A stretch of DNA of 64,000 bases from Thermoplasmatota archaeon (lineage in GTDB: Archaea > Thermoplasmatota > E2 > DHVEG-1), in the NCBI GenBank assembly GCA_030619765.1, contig JAUXAU010000003.1, positions 11,654 to 75,653 of the forward strand. Direction: 5' to 3'. Positions 28,796 to 38,612 of the stretch are shown piece after piece. A model generated the notes under the pieces. It was given only the letters and a program-made list of their open reading frames with translations. It did no database searches and was not told where the DNA came from. How positions within the stretch are numbered: position 1 is the first letter of the stretch; each line of letters opens with the position of its first letter. Made by a program: the position numbers and the translations under genes.

Positions 28796-29551
28796 ATGAG
28801 GAAATCAAGGAATTTACACCAATTGTTAGTTGTTCTATTTGTGTTTGTATTTTTTATTCTTAATTTGCCATCTGTTTGCTCTGATTATTATGCGGATATA
28901 GATATAAGAGTTGATGATTCAGGTGTTGTTAGTATTAATGGAAAGACTAATCATCCGGATCTATTAGTGGAAAAATCAGAGTTGTATACTTTTAAAAAAC
29001 AGAGTTATTGGTTGTTAAATATTACAAAAAATGAGGTTTTTTCAGATTATATTTATACTTTAACATTGCCTCAAGGTTCTACAATTAATTATATTAAATC
29101 ATCTGGTTTTAGAGGAATTAAGGAAGAATCGGGTAATTTAATTATAACCGGTTCTGGTGGAAATGAATCTTTATCAATTGTTGTTCAATATCAAATAAAT
29201 AAGAGTTCACTTGATTTTAATATATTGCTGATACTTGGAATGTTAATGTTAATTTTAGTTATATTATTGTTTTTTACTATTAATCAAAATAAAAGAAAAA
29301 AATTGGTAGGTTCTAATGAAAAATTAGATAATGACGTTGAATATAGTTTCAGAGGGCTTACTGATAGACAGAAACAGATTATGGAACTTTTAATTGAGAC
29401 AAAGAGGCCTTTAACTCAAGTTGAGATTGAAAAGGAATTAGATATTCCAAAGGCTGCTGTTTCAAGAAATGTTCATTCTTTGGAGATTAAAGGCCTTATT
29501 GAAATTGAGAAAATTGGTATGTCAAATCTTATTCGTTTGAAAAAACCATAG
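28796..29551 (+). CDS. Membrane-anchored protein with cytoplasmic winged-HTH
   Basis: Signal peptide, extracellular domain, TM, then LTQVEIEKELDIPKAAVSRNVHSLE. Confidence 0.8.
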   Translation: MRKSRNLHQLLVVLFVFVFFILNLPSVCSDYYADIDIRVDDSGVVSINGKTNHPDLLVEKSELYTFKKQSYWLLNITKNEVFSDYIYTLTLPQGSTINYIKSSGFRGIKEESGNLIITGSGGNESLSIVVQYQINKSSLDFNILLILGMLMLILVILLFFTINQNKRKKLVGSNEKLDNDVEYSFRGLTDRQKQIMELLIETKRPLTQVEIEKELDIPKAAVSRNVHSLEIKGLIEIEKIGMSNLIRLKKP

Positions 29552-29661
29552 ATCATTGTTTTTAGTAGTTGTTCCGGTTTGTTCCGGTTAAAATATATAT
29601 GTTCTTCCATCCAATATGAAAGTATAATCGGAAAAAAAATGGTTTCCGAGGTGAGTATGAT

Positions 29662-30594
29662 ATGAAAAAGATAGTGAGTTTATCTATGGTGCTTGTGCTA
29701 ATGATTTCAATTTCTTCATTAGCAATAGCAGATGACGCTGGAGTAAATCCTGAAGATGATTTAGAATTTGATGTAGAAACAGAAAATGGAGAAAATGAGA
29801 CGGGAGCTCCTGAGGGTAATGAGACTGAAGAGCCTGACGGTAACGAATCTGAAATTGATGATGATACAGAAGAAGAAATAGAAATAATGAACAATACTCT
29901 TGGAGCAGAAATCAGATTATTGCAGCTTGAAAAAGCTATAACAAAAAATCTTCTCAAGGGAGAAAGAGCTGTTGCAGTATTACAAGCAATGGGATATAAC
30001 ACATCCAGACTTGAGACGATACTTGATGAAATGAGGCTGGTTTTAGAAGAAGTTCAAGCAGCAAACGCTTCAGCAAATGATTCAGTACAACAATTTGTTG
30101 ATCTAAAAAGCGATGCAAAAAAATTAACTACAGAATTTAGAGAAACAATAAAAGAACTACTTAGTGACGAAAAAATAAAAGAACTCAAAGAGCAAATAAA
30201 AGAAATTGTTGGTGAAGGATTACAAAATTATAGTAAAAAAATCCAAAACAGAATTAAACAATTTAACAGAAATCAGATACATAGACTATATGGAATTATT
30301 GGAGTGACAAATGAGTCACTAATTGAAGCATATCAAAATGGCAATATAACAATGGAGGAAGCCAAATCACAAATAAGTAAAATGGTAAATATGATGACAA
30401 AAGAAAAGAAAAATCAGATTTTTTTAGAGTTGAAAAAAGAAAAAATCAATAAAAAAGATTATGCCGATGGAGAAATAGGAGATGCAATGTTAGACTTTGG
30501 AGAAAGAGAACAAAATAGGTCACAAAACAGATCAGATAAAGCAAAAAATGAGAATGGTAATGGAAATGGTAAGGGTCCGCATAATGGTAAATAA
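29662..30594 (+). CDS. Secreted acidic coiled-coil protein
   Basis: Signal peptide, D/E-rich linker, helical body. Confidence 0.75.
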   Translation: MKKIVSLSMVLVLMISISSLAIADDAGVNPEDDLEFDVETENGENETGAPEGNETEEPDGNESEIDDDTEEEIEIMNNTLGAEIRLLQLEKAITKNLLKGERAVAVLQAMGYNTSRLETILDEMRLVLEEVQAANASANDSVQQFVDLKSDAKKLTTEFRETIKELLSDEKIKELKEQIKEIVGEGLQNYSKKIQNRIKQFNRNQIHRLYGIIGVTNESLIEAYQNGNITMEEAKSQISKMVNMMTKEKKNQIFLELKKEKINKKDYADGEIGDAMLDFGEREQNRSQNRSDKAKNENGNGNGKGPHNGK

Positions 30595-30613
30595 TTGGAG
30601 GATGTGGTATTAA

Positions 30614-30826
30614 ATGGATAAAAAAATTATGTCACTGTGTTTTCTTTTACTTATTGTAATGGCCGTTACAGTAACATACGTTGCTTTTAATCAGCCGTTT
30701 TCAGGTGAAAATCAACAGAGTTATATCCCTGCTGATGGTGCTGTGACTGATGAAGATATAATTGATGAAATTGATGATTCTTTCATCCCCGAGGATGATG
30801 AAATAGAAATCGGTGAGATGGTTTAA
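30614..30826 (+). CDS. Small single-TM protein
   Basis: GGAGG RBS, TM segment, acidic tail. Confidence 0.65.
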   Translation: MDKKIMSLCFLLLIVMAVTVTYVAFNQPFSGENQQSYIPADGAVTDEDIIDEIDDSFIPEDDEIEIGEMV

Positions 30827-31012
30827 ATTTTTTAACACTCTTTTTCTTTCATTTTTTAGACCTATCAATAATCAAAAGGCCATGATTAGAGTTTCTTATT
30901 AATCACAAGGAAAGATTCAATATTCAATTACAATTTAAGTCTAAATTATTTAGAATCAGCAAAAATTAGTCTGAAAAAAGAAAAAGAGGTTCTATTTTAT
31001 AACTATATTGTT

Positions 31013-32197
31013 TTATTTTCTGTTTTTTTGATTAGGTCTTCTAGGATATGATTTTCTTCTTCTTTTTGTTTTTCTGTAAAAAGCTACTTTTTCAAAATCT
31101 GGCATTTCCGCTCTTTCAATATTTAACTCATCATTACTTTGTACTCTTCTAAAATTGTCATGATCCGGTGCAGTAAGTAGAGTTATTGCTGCTCCGTTTT
31201 CTCCTGCACGAGCTGTTCTACCAATACGGTGAATATACTCAATAGACGTCTTTGGGACATCATAATTGTAGATATGACTAACATTTTTAATATCAAGACC
31301 TCTAGCCGCTACATCAGTTGCTGCTAGAACATCTGTTCTCTGATTCTTTAGAGAATCTAATGATTGTGATCTTTTATTTTGACTCATCCCTCCATGTATC
31401 GCAGAGGCATTGATTCCATGATGTCTAAGGTTCCTTGCGACAATATCAGATTCTCTCCTTGTTGCACAGAACACAATTGCAAGACCTGATGTATCATTTT
31501 TTAACAAATGTACAAGTAGTGAGAATTTTTCATTCTGCTTATAAATATCATAATAAGTCTGATGCAGTTTGCTTTTATCCACCTGTGATTTAGTTTTAAT
31601 CACAACAGGGTTTCGTAGATGCCTATTCATAAGCCTATGAATACTTCTCATAATCGTTGCACTAAACATGAGTGTTTGCCTTTTCTTTGGCACATGATGT
31701 ATTATTTTTTCTACATCATCGATAAAACCCATGTCTAGCATTTTATCAGTTTCATCAAGTACAAGAAATCTTACATTTCTAAAATCTATTGTTTCTCTGC
31801 GTAAGTGATCAAGCATTCTGCCAGGTGTACCAACAACTATCTCAGAAGTACGTATTTTTTTTATCTGCAGTTCTATACCTACACCGCCATACACACTTGT
31901 TGTCTTAATACCAAGTATTTTTCCAAAATCTTTGAATACATCTGTCACCTGCACACACAGCTCTCTTGTAGGAGTAAGAACAACTGTTTGAAGTCCTTCA
32001 CCAGGGATGATTCTATCTAATATAGGGAGACAAAATGCTAGTGTTTTCCCTGATCCTGTCTCTGCTTGACCGACAACATCTTTTCCATCTATGATTTCAG
32101 GTAAACATTTCTCTTGAATAAGAGTTAGTTCTTCGAATCCTTGTTCACGTGTTTTATCTATGAGTTTTTTGTTTATATTGAGTTCTTCAAATTTCAT
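31013..32197 (-). CDS. DEAD-box RNA helicase (DETD variant)
   Basis: Q motif, AETGSGKT, PTREL, TPGR, DETD, SAT, HRIGRTAR. Confidence 0.93.
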   Translation of the reverse strand: MKFEELNINKKLIDKTREQGFEELTLIQEKCLPEIIDGKDVVGQAETGSGKTLAFCLPILDRIIPGEGLQTVVLTPTRELCVQVTDVFKDFGKILGIKTTSVYGGVGIELQIKKIRTSEIVVGTPGRMLDHLRRETIDFRNVRFLVLDETDKMLDMGFIDDVEKIIHHVPKKRQTLMFSATIMRSIHRLMNRHLRNPVVIKTKSQVDKSKLHQTYYDIYKQNEKFSLLVHLLKNDTSGLAIVFCATRRESDIVARNLRHHGINASAIHGGMSQNKRSQSLDSLKNQRTDVLAATDVAARGLDIKNVSHIYNYDVPKTSIEYIHRIGRTARAGENGAAITLLTAPDHDNFRRVQSNDELNIERAEMPDFEKVAFYRKTKRRRKSYPRRPNQKNRK

Positions 32198-32255
32198 TTT
32201 TTTTCACCGATTATAAAATATTTTTTTATACATTTTTTTTAAAATAAGATTTTTT

Positions 32256-33215
32256 TTACGTAACAATATCTATATCCAGTTTTTTTGCAAGCTCCTTGTA
32301 ACGATTTCTAATAGTTACCTCTGTAACACCCGCGATTTCTGCAACCTCACGTTGAGTCCTGCGTTCACCGCAAAGAACTGAAGCTATATACAAAGCAGCA
32401 GCTGCAAGACCCGTGGGGCCTCGTCCACTAGTAAGCTCGTTACTAGCTGCTTTTTTAAGTATCTCAATAGTCTTTGCTTGAACATCACTACTAAGACTCA
32501 ACTGACTGCAGAAACGAGAAATATAATCCTGAGGCGATGTAGGGAGTAATTTTAATTCAAGTTTACGTGAAATATTCCTATAATTCCTCCCAATTTCTTT
32601 CTTTTTCATTTGTGCTACACTGCTTATTTCTTCAAGAGTCCGTGGTACATTACACTGACGACATGCTGCATATAAAACCGCTGCTGATACGCCTTCGATA
32701 CTACGACCACGAATAAGCTTTCTCCTAACAGCCTTACGATAAATCATAGCAGCAGTTTCTCGGACACTACGTGGAAGACCCAAAGTCGATGACATCCGAT
32801 CCAGAGCAGAGAGCGCAAGTGCTAGATTTCTTTCTGTACCATCACTGATTCTAGTTCTAGTCTGCCATTTTCTTAATCTATATAACTGTGCCCTGTTTCT
32901 TGTCGGAATAGATTTCCCGTAAGCATCTCTGTTTGTCCAACTGATCATGGTACTAAGACCCTTGTCATGAATAGTATACGTCATTGGTGCTCCAGTTCGA
33001 GCTCGTTTTTCTCTTTGTTCGCTGTCGAATGCACGCCATTCCGGTCCATGATCTATTATTTCAGCGTCAATTACTAGTCCACATTTTTCACAAACAAGTT
33101 CTGCACGGGAATAATCTTTTGTAAGATGAGTACTACCGCAAGAAGGACAGTTCATAGTTTCTTCTATTGTCTGTTTATTTTTGTTTTGTTTCTTTTTTTC
33201 CTTTTCATTTTTCAA
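32256..33215 (-). CDS. tfb: Transcription initiation factor B
   Basis: Zn ribbon CPSC..CEKC, GPEWRAF, two cyclin repeats, [14 protein letters not shown]. Confidence 0.97.
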   Translation of the reverse strand: MKNEKEKKKQNKNKQTIEETMNCPSCGSTHLTKDYSRAELVCEKCGLVIDAEIIDHGPEWRAFDSEQREKRARTGAPMTYTIHDKGLSTMISWTNRDAYGKSIPTRNRAQLYRLRKWQTRTRISDGTERNLALALSALDRMSSTLGLPRSVRETAAMIYRKAVRRKLIRGRSIEGVSAAVLYAACRQCNVPRTLEEISSVAQMKKKEIGRNYRNISRKLELKLLPTSPQDYISRFCSQLSLSSDVQAKTIEILKKAASNELTSGRGPTGLAAAALYIASVLCGERRTQREVAEIAGVTEVTIRNRYKELAKKLDIDIVT

Positions 33216-33292
33216 TTAGATCAAACCTATAAAGAAATCAAAGGAATTTTTTTTACAAATATAATGATATATTGTTACTTAATTGATAATTA

Positions 33293-33484
33293 TTAGATCT
33301 TTTTCACATTTGTTGCTTTTGGACCTTTTTCAGATTCTTCTTTTTCATATTCAACAGGGTCTTCTTCATTAAGAGCTGTACCCTCAGCTATGTCATTCTG
33401 ATGAACAAAGATATCTTTTCCATCTTCACCAACTATAAATCCAAAGCCTTTTCGTGGGTTGAACCATTTTACTTTTCCTTTCAT
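33293..33484 (-). CDS. Cold-shock domain protein
   Basis: [19 protein letters not shown]. Confidence 0.95.
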   Translation of the reverse strand: MKGKVKWFNPRKGFGFIVGEDGKDIFVHQNDIAEGTALNEEDPVEYEKEESEKGPKATNVKKI

Positions 33485-33721
33485 ATTTTTTTACCTCATT
33501 TATTTGTTTTTTTTACTATTTCTTTTTCAAAAAGAATTTAAATAAAAATTCCTAAGTTTGAAAAATCAAAAATATGGAACCTTATCTATACTCTTTTTTT
33601 GAAAGAGAACTGCTTATACTATAAATAAGTTTCTACTTTTATTTTTTTTAGTAATTGGAGATATAATAATCCTTTTAATTTTTTATTCAAACATGGGAAC
33701 AATACCTTACATTGTATAAGT

Positions 33722-34468
33722 TCATTGTTTTTGCATTACAAAAAATACTGAACCATACCAGGCGTTATATTTTTTAAAAAGATATATTTCTTTGTACTCT
33801 TCATTAATCATATCTAATGCTTTGGGATCATCCTTATATTTAATCTTAAGTTTTTCCAGACGTTTCTCAAGTGGGTTGTAATAAAACTCCCACCATGCAT
33901 CTTCAGGTAATGGGAAGTAACCAAGAATTTTATATCCACATTTTTTAATGATCCGTAGATTATCCTCTATTGTTGTAATATCTGGATAAACTGCTTCCCA
34001 GTAATCGCTTATTTCTTTTGGTGGATTATTTTTTATCCAGGCCATTTCATGAAATGCAAGGAACCCCCCTGGTTTAATGTACTTCTTCCATTCCAATAAT
34101 CCTTTTTCAAAGCCTATTATAAAAATTGAGCCTTCAGCCCATATTATATCAAAATATTCTTCTGGATATTTAATTTCAGACATTGATTGATTTACAGCTT
34201 TAACCCTGTCTTGGAGATTTTCTTTTTCTATTAGTTCTTGTAGTTGGTCAAGATATTGCTGAAATATATCGATACCAATAACTTCTCCATCAGAAAGTTT
34301 GGCAAGTTTAATCGTCTGCATACCTGGTCCGCAGCCGATATCTAAAATCTTTGGCTGATTAATTTTCGGAATTAATTCAAAAGCTTTCTGTGTGTATTCA
34401 TCTCGTCCGGATCCTTGTCTAGGCATGTCTTTATGAATATCTAATAATAGTTCCCAGTCTAACTCCAT
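33722..34468 (-). CDS. Class I SAM-dependent methyltransferase
   Basis: ILDIGCGPG, FDIIWAEG. Confidence 0.9.
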   Translation of the reverse strand: MELDWELLLDIHKDMPRQGSGRDEYTQKAFELIPKINQPKILDIGCGPGMQTIKLAKLSDGEVIGIDIFQQYLDQLQELIEKENLQDRVKAVNQSMSEIKYPEEYFDIIWAEGSIFIIGFEKGLLEWKKYIKPGGFLAFHEMAWIKNNPPKEISDYWEAVYPDITTIEDNLRIIKKCGYKILGYFPLPEDAWWEFYYNPLEKRLEKLKIKYKDDPKALDMINEEYKEIYLFKKYNAWYGSVFFVMQKQ

Positions 34469-34596
34469 ATCTTTGGTTATTCATAATTTGCTATTTTAAA
34501 ATATTGGAGCAATACCTAGCAGGTATGTTTTAACAGATTTAACATCACTTAAAATTACAAAATTAACTTGTAATACCTTGCAGGTTTTAAAAAAAA

Positions 34597-35064
34597 TTAT
34601 TTAGTGAACTTTCTAAAAAACTTGCTCAGTGCCGAGTTTCGTTTTTTATAAAGTCTTTCTTCTTCTTTTTCATCGAATTTTGCTACTTCATCAGGTTCGA
34701 ATCCTTTTTCTGAGGTTTCCTTTAGTTTCTCAAGCTCACCCTCATCTAACCATACACCACCACATGTTAAGCATACGTCAACTTCGATGTCCTCCGCCTT
34801 TTCGATATCCATTGTCATACCACATCTGGGGCAAACCATCGGACTTCTACTTTTAGTTCCAATATGTTTGGTTAAATAATTTGTTAATTTTTTATCTTTA
34901 AGAAGTTTACCAAGCTCGCCTTTATCAAGCCATATGCCTTTACATTTAGGGCATACATCAATTATTATATTTGGTCCAAATGTTTCAATTTCTTCTTTCT
35001 TCATTTCTACCCAGCAATGGTGACACTCATATTTCCTTTCGGATTCAATTTTGTTAGATGACAT
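34597..35064 (-). CDS. Tandem zf-TFIIB-like zinc-ribbon protein
   Basis: Two CxxC..IDVCxxCxGxWLDxGEL repeats. Confidence 0.85.
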   Translation of the reverse strand: MSSNKIESERKYECHHCWVEMKKEEIETFGPNIIIDVCPKCKGIWLDKGELGKLLKDKKLTNYLTKHIGTKSRSPMVCPRCGMTMDIEKAEDIEVDVCLTCGGVWLDEGELEKLKETSEKGFEPDEVAKFDEKEEERLYKKRNSALSKFFRKFTK

Positions 35065-35203
35065 GAGTACACTGTATAATATTATTGATTTTATCTTTTT
35101 TGGAAGCAATACCTAGCAGGTTTTGAATGCAATCAGATGGCTATGATTAGAGTTTTTAAGGAGAAATATTAACTATAATCACTATTTATGATTAGATAAT
35201 GAC

Positions 35204-35377
35204 TTATGTCTTCTTCCATTTATCCCGATGAGACAAACCAATTATCATATATATTATCCCTAATCCAGTGAATCCTATGAATCCCGGGCTTACTGTTATC
35301 ATAAATACGGTGCCCATTGGTAAAAAACAAATTCCAAGGATGAAAAAGACACAATAGTCCGGTTCTACGTATTTGCC
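35204..35377 (-). pseudogene. 5'-truncated small membrane-protein gene
   Basis: GKYVEPDYCVFFILGICFLPMGTVF..RDKWKKT*, preceded directly by an in-frame TAA. Confidence 0.5.
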
Positions 35378-35383
35378 TTACTC

Positions 35384-35593
35384 AACTCTCGATTTTGGCC
35401 AGCTGAAGGGTATAAGCCTGAAAAATCTCAACCAAGTTTTGACAAACAATTTGTACGAGATTACTTGAATACTACTAGCTGGAATAAAAACTCACAGCCA
35501 CCAAACCTGCCAGATGATGTGATTAAAGAAACTCAAAGGAAGTATCAAGAAGCATATGAGAAGATAACTGGAAAGAAATTTAAATTCTTTTAA
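35384..35593 (+). pseudogene. purC: 3' fragment of SAICAR synthetase
   Basis: SRFWPAEGYKPEKSQPSFDKQFVRDYL..KYQEAYEKITG, the PurC C-terminus, with no N-terminal part. Confidence 0.85.
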
Positions 35594-35641
35594 ACAAACA
35601 TTTATATAACACCTACTATTATTTAAAAAAAGGGGAAAAAT

Positions 35642-38275
35642 ATGAAGAAAAAGGGCTTGAGTACAATAATAATAGTGAGCCTAATAATTTCCATGATGTC
35701 TTTTGCTGCAAATGGTGAGGTCGCAGAAAATCAAAATAAGATGGATGCTAAGAATGACCATATATCAGAGCAATCTATTAGTCATACAATAAATGATCCT
35801 AACTATCAAGATGGGCGCTTTATAGAAAGATTACAATGGATTTCTCCAGATGGAGAAATGCCTGGTACGTATGAGAATTATCTAAGAAATCATCCGCTAG
35901 AACCCGCCCTGTTCTTTACACCTGAAGATAGAATTAATCCTAATCAACCTTTGGGAGAAAAATTCTCTATTTTAGTTGATGAAGTTTTATATCCTCAGAT
36001 AACAACTGCCATTACTCAATATATTGATGATTTAGAATTAGAGGGATATTCTGTATTTATAGAGACAGTTAACGGAGGGACACCTGAAGAAATCAAAGAT
36101 TGGGTAGCCCAACGTTTAGATTCTGGTTGCGATAGCATTGTTTTTATTGGAGACATTACAGCAGCATGGGCTGAGGTTTCAGGATCGGTTTTTCCTTGCG
36201 ATTTATTTTACATGGATCTCGATGGGAATTGGGAGGACCAAGATCAAGATGGCGATTATGAAACCCATACGGCAGGTGATGGAGACATGGGTCCAGAAGT
36301 TTATGTGGGCCGAATATATGCTCATACGCTTACTTATGATACAGAACCAAATATGGTCAACGATTACCTCTCAAAAGCACACGCGTACAGAGATGGTACG
36401 TTGACCCCGGAGTGGCGTGGTCTCGAATATGTCGAAGAAGACTGGTATGATATGGATGTTTTTCTAGATCTTATCTATGAGGAGGATGTTGTTCGTCACG
36501 ATTATGGTTACTTTACCACTGCAGACGACTATCTTGATCAGATGGATTTGGGACAGCATTTTGTTCAGGTATGTGCCCATAGTTATTCAGGCGGACATCA
36601 TTTTGGTACACGTCCTACTGAGTCAGCATCCTATGTCCATATCTATGTTTATAGCCCTTCAAGTCGATCTGCTAAATTATTGCTTGGTTGTGATGATGGC
36701 ATTAAAGCTTGGTTGAACAAAGTAAATGTATATACAAGAGACAGATATGGAGGTTGGATTGAGGATGCCTACGAAGTGGACATCTCTTTGAATGAAGGAT
36801 GGAATCAGTTATTGTGCAAAGTAAGTCAAGGCGGTGGAGAATATAAGCTATCTGCTCGATTCACTGATACTGATTATTCAACATTTGATGATTTGAATTA
36901 TCAAATCAATGATCCAGATACACATGGACCTGAAGCTGAGTACATTCGAAGCTGGATCCTAAATGGATTTCATCAAGATATTCCTGACAACTTTTGGAAC
37001 TACCTTACTACAAACTATCTTGGCGTAAATGAAGGAAATATCAATCCCCAAGATGGCGAGGTAATGGGTGGTAAAACATGGACCACCTATGATTCTGGTT
37101 TCCCCTACATTGATATGCTAGACTATGATGAAAGTGACTATGGAGTAACATATGCGTTTGCTCGTGTCTACGCTGATTCAGGAAAATCTTGTCAACTATG
37201 GATGGGATATGATGACGGTTCACGAATCTGGCTTAATGGACAGGAAGTTTTGTATGATAATCGATATGGTGGATTTGAAGCGGATATGACCAAATTTAAT
37301 GTAACTTTAAATCCTGGTGAGAACCGCTTACTCATCAAAATTTCAGAATGGATGGGAGATCATGGTTTTAGTGCTCGCTTTTGCCAACAGGACGGCAGTC
37401 CAGTTGAAGGATTGACCTATGATCCAGAGTCAATACCAATCACCCACATTGGCACGTGGCTAATTAACGGCCCTTATGTAAATCCAGATCAAAATTCCAG
37501 ATTGAGCACTGATTATCTTGGCGATGAGGGTAATACCACCCCAAGTGAGGGCGATCCAGCTCCATTTGGAACATGGGAACGTGGTATAGGCAATGGTTGT
37601 CCCTTTGGTCTGGATACCTACTTTGATCACGGCGATTGGGTTTTATCTGAGGATATCCAAAATCGCGATCCGCCCGTATTATTCTATAATCTTTTTGCAT
37701 GTGGACCTGGTCGCTTTCCTGATCAGAACTACCTTGCCGGTGCTTATATATTCCATACAACGTATGGATTAATAACCGTTGCTTCTTCCAAAAGTGGTAG
37801 TATGTTAAACTTCAATGATTTTACTGCACCGCTTGGAGCAGGGAAGAGCATTGGAGAAGCCTTTAGAGAATGGTTTGAAGCACAGGCACCATATGTGCAG
37901 TGGGAGAAAGAATGGTACTATGGAATGGTTGTTTGTGGAGACCCTACTCTTCGTGTTTTTCCTGAAGCTGAGACAATAGTTAGAATAACAAAACCAGAAA
38001 ATGCAATTTATATTCGAGATAGCAAGATTTTACGCTTTTTTGCACCGTTTTTAATCGGCAAACTTACTTTTGAAGCAAATGCCACTAATCAAGAATATGG
38101 AATAGATAGGGTTGAATTCTATCTTGACGATGTACTAAAAGAAAACGATACTTCAGATCCTTATAGTTGGTTATGGGGCGAAAAAGCCTTCTTTAGACAT
38201 ACTGTGAAAGTAGTAGCTTATGACAATACTGGAAATAATGTTAGTGAAGAAATCTATGTTTGGAAGTTTTTCTAA
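35642..38275 (+). CDS. Secreted C25-like peptidase with inserted DDG-W-LN beta-domains and a C-terminal Ig-like domain
   Basis: CDLFYMD, PEVYVGR, CAH (His), FAC (Cys), VCGDPTL. Confidence 0.85.
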   Translation: MKKKGLSTIIIVSLIISMMSFAANGEVAENQNKMDAKNDHISEQSISHTINDPNYQDGRFIERLQWISPDGEMPGTYENYLRNHPLEPALFFTPEDRINPNQPLGEKFSILVDEVLYPQITTAITQYIDDLELEGYSVFIETVNGGTPEEIKDWVAQRLDSGCDSIVFIGDITAAWAEVSGSVFPCDLFYMDLDGNWEDQDQDGDYETHTAGDGDMGPEVYVGRIYAHTLTYDTEPNMVNDYLSKAHAYRDGTLTPEWRGLEYVEEDWYDMDVFLDLIYEEDVVRHDYGYFTTADDYLDQMDLGQHFVQVCAHSYSGGHHFGTRPTESASYVHIYVYSPSSRSAKLLLGCDDGIKAWLNKVNVYTRDRYGGWIEDAYEVDISLNEGWNQLLCKVSQGGGEYKLSARFTDTDYSTFDDLNYQINDPDTHGPEAEYIRSWILNGFHQDIPDNFWNYLTTNYLGVNEGNINPQDGEVMGGKTWTTYDSGFPYIDMLDYDESDYGVTYAFARVYADSGKSCQLWMGYDDGSRIWLNGQEVLYDNRYGGFEADMTKFNVTLNPGENRLLIKISEWMGDHGFSARFCQQDGSPVEGLTYDPESIPITHIGTWLINGPYVNPDQNSRLSTDYLGDEGNTTPSEGDPAPFGTWERGIGNGCPFGLDTYFDHGDWVLSEDIQNRDPPVLFYNLFACGPGRFPDQNYLAGAYIFHTTYGLITVASSKSGSMLNFNDFTAPLGAGKSIGEAFREWFEAQAPYVQWEKEWYYGMVVCGDPTLRVFPEAETIVRITKPENAIYIRDSKILRFFAPFLIGKLTFEANATNQEYGIDRVEFYLDDVLKENDTSDPYSWLWGEKAFFRHTVKVVAYDNTGNNVSEEIYVWKFF

Positions 38276-38285
38276 AAACCTTTTT

Positions 38286-38504
38286 TTATCCTTCCCGTAC
38301 AGGAGGATCTCCAGGCATATCGGATGCAGCCACTAGAGTTGCAATTTCAACTGAAATACCTTTGTCTACAAGATATATGGGAATTAACACTGGTACAATT
38401 ATGCCAATAATACCTTCGGGAAAATATAGATCAGCAAATAATGCATATTTTAAAATACTCCTTTTCTCGATATCGATTGTAATTCCTTTTCCCCCTAAAC
38501 TCAA
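38286..38504 (-). pseudogene. N-terminal fragment of an MFS transporter, paralog of 25900..27090
   Basis: IDIEKRSILKYALFADLYFPEG aligns with IDITKHSFLKYSLFGNLYFSEG, then truncates. Confidence 0.75.
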
Positions 38505-38612
38505 TTAACAAATCAATAAAAAATTAATTTATATAATTTCCTAGAGCAATATCTAACAAACTATAATCATAATATGTAATGCGAGTCTTAGCCTCTAATC
38601 ACTGTACTTTGA

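Larger units (their letters stand above)
25833..35200 (-). repeat. Composite palindromic intergenic repeats, reverse polarity (about 10 clusters)
   Basis: AATACCTAGCAGGT and CTATGATTAGAG at about 25840, 27151, 28176, 28311, 28581, 30880, 34505, 34571 and 35101-35200; degenerate copies near 22500 and 23820. Confidence 0.85.
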
